DNA from: Octopus sinensis
Lineage: Eukaryota
Direction of reading: 5' to 3'
DNA: 64,000 bases
NCBI RefSeq assembly: GCF_006345805.1
Contig: NC_043020.1
Coordinates: 23,932,001-23,996,000 of the forward strand
In this document: positions 54,779 through 64,000 of the stretch, one piece after another
Position numbering within the stretch: position 1 is the first letter of the stretch
How the letters are laid out: each line of letters opens with the position of its first letter
Notes under the pieces: generated by a model
The model's database searches: none
The model's input: only the letters and a program-made list of their open reading frames with translations
Told to the model about the DNA's origin: nothing
Position numbers and translations under genes: made by a program

Positions 54779-55189
54779 AATATATAATTAATATATGTAA
54801 ACAAACTTTGTTTTTAAAAGCGTCATATGTGCATCATATTGAACAGGCAGCAAGGTAATATGTCGAACGCAGTACAACCGTGAAAAGAGCAGAAAGATTG
54901 GGTTTTATTATCCTTATATGATCGAAAAACGTTGTCGACACACGGACCCCAAACTAAGTCAAACTATACACTGACAACGATTGACATCAAATTTAAACGC
55001 GAAATATATAGGTTATTCGAATTTAATGCTGTTGTTGCATTCCCAAAATCTGTATTTAGTGCTTAAATATGACGGCGATTGTGGACAGTTTCGCCTGATG
55101 GTAGAATATTCAGCCGGTATACGAGGGGTACGGGTTCGAGTTCCGTGGCTCTTCGTTGACAATTAAGATATATATATATATATATATAT

Positions 55190-55592
55190 GCAGCAGTGGC
55201 TGTGTGGTAAGAAGCTTGCTTACTAACCAAATCCGAGTTCAGTCCCACTGTGTGACACCTTGGGCAAGTGTATATAGCCTCGGGCCAACCAAAGCCTTGA
55301 GAGTGAATTTGGTAGACGGAAACTAAAAGAAGCCCGTCGCATATATATATGTGTGTGTGTGTGTATGTTTAGGTATGTATTTGGGTGTCTGTGTTTGTCC
55401 CTCCACCATCACTTGACAACCGATGTTGGTGTGTTTACGTCTCCGTAACTTAGCGGTTCGGCAAAACAGACCTATAGAATAAGTACTAGGCTTGCAACCA
55501 ATAAGTCTTGTGGTCGATATGTTCGACTAAAGGTGGTGCTCCAGCATAGCCGCAGTCAAATGATTGAAACAAGTAAAAGAAAAAAGAATAAG
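55190..55592 (+). mobile_element. SINE family A, full length
   Basis: Matches the 47768 copy. Confidence 0.85.
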
Positions 55593-55609
55593 AGTATATA
55601 TATATATAT

Positions 55610-55858
55610 ATACAAAACAATAAGAGAGGATCCACTATATGGACGCTCTAACGCTAGATATAGATCCGCAAAGGGAAACCACCACCAAGAAAATGTTTGC
55701 GGATCTATATCTAGCGTTAGAGCGTCCACATAGTGGATCCTCTCTTATTGTTTTGTATTAATAATATTTACTGAGTCCCTGTACATTATACGCTAGGCCA
55801 CTTGGTGTTTAAATTGATGTTATTAATCAATATTCAATTTTTTCACCCTTATTTTGAC

Positions 55859-55865
<7 letters not shown>
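55610..55865. mobile_element. Near-perfect fold-back with tail in (TA)n
   Basis: 63-bp arms 55610-55672 / 55696-55758 with one mismatch; ~105-nt tail; (TA)n flanks. Confidence 0.8.
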
Positions 55866-55896
<31 letters not shown>

Positions 55897-56574
55897 GATT
55901 GATGTGAATGTGAGGTGCGACTGGACATATAAAATTTGAATAAGTTAAGAAACGAGTGACAATTTTTCGGAAATATAAGTTTTCACCGTATATATTGAAA
56001 TTTAGAAACTATGAATCTATAAATTCAACAAAGCAAAACGGTTGGGTATGTTGGAGTACTCGGCCGCACACGTCCTGCGAAAAGATGTGCGCGTTCGATT
56101 TCAACATATAGAAATATCCATTTTTATTTCCGTTGTTTCAATGTTTGTTTAATTTCTCTACGGTGAAAATTTGCTATATTTTCGAAATCTACACATGCAT
56201 GCTCACACAAATATATTATTTAAAAATATATATTGTTATTTCCTCTTTTGCTAATATAAAGTTTCTAACAAGCTAACTGGCTAATCGCAACACCTGTGCC
56301 TGTTGTGGCACTGCTTTTCTATATATCGCTAGCTGAGAGATGGGTCGCTGGTATCTCTAGCGGTCGAGCTTCCATCACCAATGAGATCAAGAACGATAGA
56401 GATCACGTGATCTGGTGGTTTCGGTGCTGGAGACGGCGGGGTTTAGCTCACCGCTAGCAATATAAACAAGCATGCATGCATTCTGCACCAATATCCTATA
56501 TGAGAGTTTCTCTCGTGCTATCTACTGCAGTAAAATTTGTTCTAAAAGAACATATACGTTTAATTAGGAATAAG

Positions 56575-56965
56575 TATTCTTTTCTACTCTAGGCACAAGG
56601 CCCGAAATTTTGGGGGAGGGAGCCAGTCGATTATATCGACCCTAGGACGCAACTGGTACTTAATTTATCACCCCGAAAAGATGAAAGGAAAAGTCGACCT
56701 CGGCAGAATTTGAACTCAGAACGTAAAGAAGAGCGAAATACCTATTTCTTTACTACCCACAAGGGGCTAACCACAGAGAGGACAAACAAGGACAGACAAA
56801 CTGATTAAGTCGATTATATCGACCCAGTGCGTAACTGGTACTTATTTAATCGACCCCAAAAGGATGAAATGCAAAGTCGACCTCGGCGGAATTTGAACTC
56901 AGAACGTAGCAGCAGGCGAAATACCGCTAAGCATTTTGCCCAGCATGCTAAGATTTCTGCCAGCT
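56575..56965 (-). mobile_element. Dimeric SINE family C
   Basis: Same dimer and linker as 43420-43795. Confidence 0.85.
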
Positions 56966-57153
56966 GAAGTGGGAATAAGTATTACCTCTCAAAATAAAAT
57001 TATTTCTAATCGGCTGAGACTCACAAAAGTGACTGTAACATCGCAAGTTTCGTGCAGAACCCATCGACCCAGAAGCTCTGATTCGAATCACTTTCGTAAC
57101 TTCTGTCAATTAAAAAAAAATGGAGTATCTATACCCATGTATTTCTACTACTG

Positions 57154-57196
<43 letters not shown>

Positions 57197-58384
57197 CGTA
57201 CGTATCTATCTGTGCGTGCATGCGTCTATCTGTCTGTCTGTGCTTGTTTCTCTGTCTGTCTGTCTGTCTCTCTCTCTGTCTCACTCTCCCTCCGTCCGTC
57301 CATCTACCTGTCTGTCTACGCAGGAATGTATAAACGTCTATAAGTTATTGGTCATTGGTACATGAGAAATGGTACCTGAGAAATATTGAGAAGAACGAAT
57401 CACATTTAATTTTTCCCTCGAGTTGTAAGAAAGAACTTACAAGAATTTTATTGGTGAGGCTTCTCCAGAAGACTTTAAGCAGTGTCGCGATTGCAATTAA
57501 TGGTACAGGTGATTCTTGTCTAAACACCCTCCCCCTACACATACAGTTAATTTATTCATATACCTCTCTCCGATGACTTGTAATAAATTCTTGTAAAAAT
57601 CCAATCGCTTCACAAATAACAAGGAAAGCTAAGCACTGGCATCTCGCCAAATCTCTAAAGAGATTTCTTCTGTCGTTCACGACAATGGCAAGAACATAAA
57701 ACAACCAAAAAACGGTAGGGGATGAAGACGGAAAAGGTGGTGGTAGTAGTAGTAGTAGTAGTGGTGGTGACGTGGTAGAAGTAGAAGTAGTACTATGTTA
57801 GTGAGAGTTGTAGTGGTGGTGATGAGGTGTCAGTAATAGTAGTAAAAGTAGCAGTGGTAGTATGGTAGAGGTAGTAGTAGTGGTGGTAAGGTGGTAGCAG
57901 TAGAAGTAGCAGTGGTAGTATGTTAGTAGTCGTTATGGGTGTAATAGTAGTAGTAGTGTTGTTGCAAGTAATAGCAGCAGCAGCAATAGAAATGGTGGTG
58001 GTAGTAGTAGTAGTGGTTGCTGATTTTGTTTAGCCCCACCCCGGTCATCCCTCATCGAGGACAACGTCAATTTGCAACGAAATCCCTATCCTTTTTTTCT
58101 AAACCATTATTGTTCATTATTAGTCGATTACCCCGACCCCAGTACGCAACTGGTACTTTCTTCACAGAGCACGAAATGACGAAAGGCAAAAGACCCTGGC
58201 AACATTTGAACTCAGAACGAAAAGACGGAGTAAATGCTGTTTCAGCATTTTGTGCGGCATGCTAACGAATCTGCCTTCTCATCGTCTTTTTAATGCTACG
58301 TTTAACACAAAGCCAGCAATTTTTAAAGGTCTGGGGGTATTCGATTACAACGACAATTATTGGTACTACTACCACCTATTTTAT

Positions 58385-59500
58385 CGACCACAACTGCTTA
58401 ACCTCTCAAGCTAACCTGTCATATCAATCGACTTTTCTTTCTTCCTTATCGCATACCTTTTTGTCAGCTGGAATATGCTATATCTATGATCCAGCATAGT
58501 TTGTTCTCTTTCTCAATTAACACTATATCTGGATTCCTATTCTCTATCTAGTGGTCGCACTGAATCATAAAATCCCATAGGATCTTTGCATTATCATTGT
58601 CGATGATGCCTTCGGGTTTATGTTCGTACCACTTGTTTGCTCTGTCAAGTCCATACTTGTTGCAAAGTGTCCAATGGACAATCTTTGCTATATTGTCATG
58701 ACATCTCTTATATTCTTTCCAGGCTAGAGGCGTACATTGCCTGGCAATATGCCATACGGTTTCACCATTTTGTCCACAAATTCTGTACTTATCACTTTCT
58801 GATGTGTTGTCTTTTCTGTATTTGATGAAATTGGTCTTTAATGCTTGTTCTTGGGCAGCACAGATTAGAGCCTCTGTTTCCGTTTTTAAATCACTTTTAG
58901 TCATCCATAGCCATCTTTTTTCTGTCTTCAACATCCCTATGAAATTGTCCATGCATTCTTTTCTTTATCCACTAATTTTCAGTTTCATTCATTCTCAAGT
59001 GCTTGTACAGTGCTTTATCTTTGCAATCTTCCATTCTACACAAGCCTAATCTTCTTACCTCCAGTAATAGTGGTTCTGTGGCATTTTTTATATATCATGC
59101 TATGTGGTTTTCTTCTGCTCTAATGCTGTGTTCGCATCCAATCAGTCCTCTTCCCCTCTTTTCTTGGTATACACAGTCTGTTTGTGTTACTTTTTAGGAG
59201 GAGTATCTAGTCAACAACTTTCTTGTTTTTCTGTCTAAGCTGTTTAGTTCGTCTACTGCCCATGTGATAACCCCTGCTCCATATTTAAGGAATGAAACCG
59301 CCCAGGTGTTGATAGCTTCAATCTTATTCCGTCCGTTTAATTTCGACTTAAATATCAGTCTCAGTCTGCGCAAGTATTCCAGCTTAAATTTTTCTGTCAT
59401 TTCGTTCTCCATCAATTTATCCATTTCCAGTATCCCACAGTACTTATAGCCCATCTATTCTATCTGCTTCATAACCTCCCCCAATGGTATCGCTAACCCG
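58385..59500 (-). pseudogene. R4/Dong-clade non-LTR retrotransposon fragment (RT C-terminus, CCHC, RLE)
   Basis: YKYCGILE...SKLNGRNKIEAINTWAV...LDRKTRKLLT; ETEALICAAQEQAL; RICGQNGETVWHI..QC; HDNIAKIVHW; ILWDF...PDIVLI...IIDIA; abuts (TAA)n. Confidence 0.9.
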
Positions 59501-59505
59501 TCATA

Positions 59506-59571
<66 letters not shown>

Positions 59572-59701
59572 CGTTGCTGTTGTTGCTGTAGTTGTTGTTA
59601 ATAGTAAAAAGACGGCGAGTGTGATTTAAGAGAGATTCATTTGCTATTTCTCGTAAGTCAAGCGACCTCTTATACAGGCTTGGCCTTAAGTTGTTGAGAA
59701 C

Positions 59702-60628
59702 TACAAGGTGCGTTCCAGACGTTTTGAATCTTTTCTTCAAGCGACACCGTTATAACTACTCGGGATGCTTATAATTTTAGTATATCATTACAGTACATCT
59801 AATAAGGTGTCATGCCAACTTTTGTTATTGAACATGGAATGAGGCAGCTATAACAGCACTTTGAACACACACTGCTCAACACTACTCGCTACAGCTGACT
59901 AAGCTGCAGAAATCATTCGGGACGTTTGGGTGCTTGTTTATGCACTGAAGTTTTGTGTTAAACTGGAAAAAAAAAACGCAAGAGAAACGTATGAAATGAT
60001 TTAGACTGGTTATGGATGAGCCTCTTTGCTGTCACAAGGGATTTAAAGATGGTAGAGAAGAGGGTGGGGAGACAATGAGGGGTGTGAAAAGATGGGTGAC
60101 GCCAGGATATCAGATGTAGTTGAGAATATTCACAAATGTTTGGATGAAGATTGTCGTGGATCTATAAAGACAGACTGCTTTCTGTTTGGAATTGGTGTAT
60201 AAACTGTAGACATAATTATTTATGGCGATCTGGACATTTGCAAATTTTGTGCAATATTTGTTTGCGGGTTGATTAGTCACAAACATTTTGGTAACCAACT
60301 ACTTGACTGTGATAGGAATGAAAACTCACTCATCTTTCTCACAGTCCAGGCCTTGCTCCCTGTCACTTTTGGTTGTTCCCTAAGCTGAAGGAGAAACCTC
60401 GGGGACAGTCGTTTTGAAGACATTGAGAAGATGGAGACAATCACAAGGGTCGTGGGCACCTACGTTCTTGGAGGAGTTCCATGGGGCATTCACGAAGTGG
60501 CTGGAAGACAACAACAAGAGCACTGAACCCCAAGGACCTGACTTTGAAAGCGATTTGAATTTTGGACTCCTTTCAAAGTAATAAAAGGCTTCCGAAAATG
60601 TTTAAAATTACCTGGAATGTACCTTATT
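59702..60628 (+). mobile_element. Internally deleted mariner transposon
   Basis: TIRs TACAAGGTGCGTTCCAG / CTGGAATGTACCTTAT; peptides YALKFCVKL..ARETYEMI and HSPGLAPCHFWLFPKLK (YSPDLAP motif); catalytic core missing. Confidence 0.85.
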
Positions 60629-60802
60629 TATATATGGACCATATTTATATATCGAAGCAAAAAGAGAAGGACAAGTGGGTTGAATGACAGACGTTCGTTG
60701 ATGATGTTTCGCTCCCAGCTCAACCATGATTTAGTTGAAGTATGATAAAGACGTTCCAACAGTGACCATTCTTTCTATTTTTCACAAAGAGTAGACATGG
60801 AA

Positions 60803-61097
60803 TGCGCGTGGCATAGTGGTTAAGTTATTCAGCTCACAATCGTAACATAGTGAGTTCGATTCCTGGTGGCGCACTGTGTCCTTATACTCCAATTCACTCA
60901 GTTGGAAAAAATGAGTTGTACCAGTAATTCAAAGGGGCTATCCTTGTCACATTCTGTGTCACATTGTATCTCCCCGAGAACTACGTTAAGGGTACGCATG
61001 TCTGTGGAGTGGTCAGCTACATGCACGTTAATTTCACATGCACGTTAATTGATCGGATCAACTGGAACCCTTGTTATCGTAACTGACAGAATGGCAG
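60803..61097 (+). mobile_element. SINE family B variant
   Basis: GCGCGTGGCATAGTGGTTAAG...GAGTTCGATTCC plus shared 3' body. Confidence 0.8.
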
Positions 61098-61533
61098 TTA
61101 ATCTAGTTATTATACTTTCGGTTAAGAAAATATGTCGTGGTTTGAGAGGAATTTAGTTGACATTTCTAGCTGTTTGAGCTACCATGTAGTAACCTACACA
61201 CTGGATTTACGGGAATTTCTTCAGCTGGCATCAGTAGAATGGTAAATAGGAAATAAGGAAGAAAGGGAGTCGATGAACTAACGGAGGTGTCAGTAATACG
61301 TGTCTGCGGATTTGGTTCAAATTTTATTTGACCATTTGTCTTGGTAATAAAGCGAAGAAGAGACAAGAGGAAAATTTATAATTGTGCTGAAGTTCCTGCG
61401 GCGATTGACCAAAGACAGACATTGTGTCTGGCAGAAAATCTGTTACTGGAACAAGGAATATGAATATATATTCATGCGAAGCTAATAAGTCTCTCTCTCT
61501 CTCTCTCCCCATTCCCTCTTTCTTTTCCCACTA

Positions 61534-61579
<46 letters not shown>

Positions 61580-61785
61580 TGTGTGTGCATGTATATATAT
61601 ATGTATATGTATATATATGTGTGTGTGTGTGTGTGTATTACGTGTTCTTGGTGCAATTTGGGACATGTAATCATACAAGAGACAAAGGGGCTAACGCTCA
61701 CGCACATGCATGTATACACATACACACGCACACATGCTTTCACACATGCATGTGCATGTTTATAGTAACGTATAATATATGGGGG

Positions 61786-61830
<45 letters not shown>

Positions 61831-62534
61831 CCATGTGCGTGTGTGTATATGTGTGTGTTTTTGCGTCACTCTGTGTATTTGTGTGTGTTTGTGCCGATGA
61901 GCAGAACTATTGAGGAATTTTGTTAATTCCTTCTGCCATTGTCAGTTGCAGATTATCAAGTGATCTGTGAACAATGATGATCAAATATTAATATTTCTTC
62001 TCATTGCTACATTATGTTTCGTCTCTGCTACAAATTAATGCCTCTAATTGAGAGGAATAGGGAGGGAAAGAGAAAGAGATAGAATAAGAAGAGATTGATG
62101 CAAGAAAGGGGAGAGGGTAGATCTTGTCCATTCATAAGGGAAACCTGGCGGCCCTTTTCACAGTTCCATGTCAAACACAGTTGTAATTAATCAGCGTTTC
62201 ACATTGTTTTTCTTCTGCTCCTTTTGTGACTTTGCCCTCACACTTACACTCACATAGGTGTGCACTCAAACTCCAACTCACACATATTCTGCAATAATTA
62301 AATTCCTTTTTCTAAAACACCATGGAATTTGGATCCCTCATTCACGGAAGTTCTGCGACAAATCTATAACTATAATAATTATGATTTCAGATTTTGGCAC
62401 AATGTTTTCGAGGTGGGGTTTAGTCTATCGATCCCGAAGAATGAAAGGCTGTCGACCTGAGCAGAATTTGAACTCAGGACGTGAAGACGCATGAAATGCT
62501 GCTGAACATTTTGTCCGGCATGCTGCCGACTCTG

Positions 62535-62805
62535 AAATAGTCCGGCTATGGAAGATGAAGATAGGGCCAGTTGTTGTTTGTTCCTTGGGGACAGTATCAG
62601 AAGGTGTCAAGAGGAGTACAAATGAAATTGGTATAGAGTACCCAGCAGAGCTGTTACAAAACTTTTGCCTCCTTGGCACGGCCAGAATAACCAGGAAAGT
62701 GTTAAAGATAGCAGAAAAGAACCGATAGCATGGTAACGTAGGTTGTAAGCAGCAAGCCTGCTACGTATGCAAGACTCCAGGAGTTCCTACGAAACCTGAG
62801 GTGTT
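62535..62805 (+). mobile_element. R4/Dong-clade retrotransposon 3' end followed by (AAT)n
   Basis: PVVVCSLGTV...LLQNFCLLGTARITRKVL, short UTR, then an (AAT)n tract. Confidence 0.8.
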
Positions 62806-62839
62806 AATAATAATATTAATAATAGTAATAATAATAATG

Positions 62840-62905
<66 letters not shown>

Positions 62906-62929
62906 GTGATTATAATAATAATGATTATA

Positions 62930-63140
62930 ATCCTTCCTAATTTAGGCACAAGACCTGAAATTTGCGGGGAGGGGCCTAGTTAATTACATCCACAGTGTTT
63001 CACTGGTACTTAATCTACCGACTCCGAAAGGATGAGAGGCAAAGTCGACTTCGGAGGAATTTGAATTCAGAACATAGCAATGGATGAAATAGCGCTAAGC
63101 ACTTCGTCCAGTGTGCTAACGATTCTGTTAGCTCACTGCC
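62930..63140 (-). mobile_element. SINE family C
   Basis: Family C core; further fragments at 51370, 51820, 58120, 62385 and 63640. Confidence 0.75.
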
Positions 63141-63146
63141 AAAATG

Positions 63147-63183
<37 letters not shown>

Positions 63184-63184
63184 A

Positions 63185-63245
<61 letters not shown>

Positions 63246-63270
63246 ATAATAATAATAATAATAATAATAA

Positions 63271-63623
63271 TGCGCAAACCTCCGCCAAGGAAGCGCCAAC
63301 GTTCTTTCAATGATTAGCCGGAAATGTTTTTTAAAATGAGAATATCTGAAATAAATTTGACTGCTCTCACAAATGAGAATACTAAAAATGAACGCGACCG
63401 CTCTCATAAATTAAGTAAAAAAAATTAGGAAAAATAATCCAGAATCCTTGTCCGGTCCCGTATAGATCCGAAAATCTAATCAGTCCGTGCCAGTCACGAG
63501 GCCAAACATCCCCGAAAGTTTCATCCGAATCCATCCAGCGGTTCTTGTTCACGGGCAAACAAACAAACAAACAACAAACACGACTGAAAACAATACCTCC
63601 GTCTTCACTAAGGCGGAGGTAAT
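63271..63623 (+). mobile_element. Non-autonomous Helentron-type (HINE/DINE-like) element
   Basis: 5' ACCTCCGCCAAGG, internal (AAAC)n, 3' palindrome TACCTCCGTCTT...AAGGCGGAGGTA. Confidence 0.6.
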
Positions 63624-63841
63624 GACAAATACTAATAATTTCTACTATAGGCATAAGGCCTGAAATTGTGGAGGAGGGACCCAGAAAGAATGAAAGTTAT
63701 TTGAACTCAGAACGTAGTGACGGGCTAAATACCGCTATGCATTTCATCCAGCGTGGTAACAACTGCCGTTTCACCGCCTTAATAATAATAATAATGTTAA
63801 TAATGATAATAATTATAATAATAATAATAATAATAATAATG

Positions 63842-63873
<32 letters not shown>

Positions 63874-64000
63874 TATTATTATTATTATATTTGTTGCTAG
63901 GATACGCATAAAGCGGAAAGTTTAATAGAGAGGGTTTGTTAAATATATCATCGCCCGGGATATACCGGCTACTGTATCTCCTTGATCCCGAAGGAATGAA

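Noticed and set aside
222-63925. The many YI/CV/HT/poly-I ORFs
   Set aside because: They are translations of microsatellites
1-64000. CRISPR arrays, operons or bacterial systems
   Set aside because: No regular repeat-spacer arrays and no prokaryote-like gene density

Overview
AT-rich animal DNA (intronic or intergenic), saturated with microsatellites ((TA)n, (CA)n, (TAA)n, (GAT)n, (GA)n). No host exon can be supported, and almost all ORF-track entries are simple-repeat translations. The microsatellite load and three abundant tRNA-derived SINE families suggest an octopus-like cephalopod genome (inference). Recognisable mobile DNA: Penelope-like elements (PLEs; RT + GIY-YIG), R4/Dong and HERO-like restriction-like endonuclease (RLE) retrotransposon fragments, mariner/Tc1/Tigger remnants, a small Helitron, a Helentron-type element and a possible decayed hAT. 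The main observation is a graded series of at least 8 sequence-unrelated fold-back insertions (about 0.2 to 1.7 kb), mostly in (TA)n. They share the plan inverted arm / variable body / arm / short unpaired tail, and several carry minimal type-I hammerhead ribozyme (HHR) folds. The two largest encode PLE reverse transcriptase, which links the small hairpins to PLE retrotransposition. All calls were made by eye and repeat edges are approximate.
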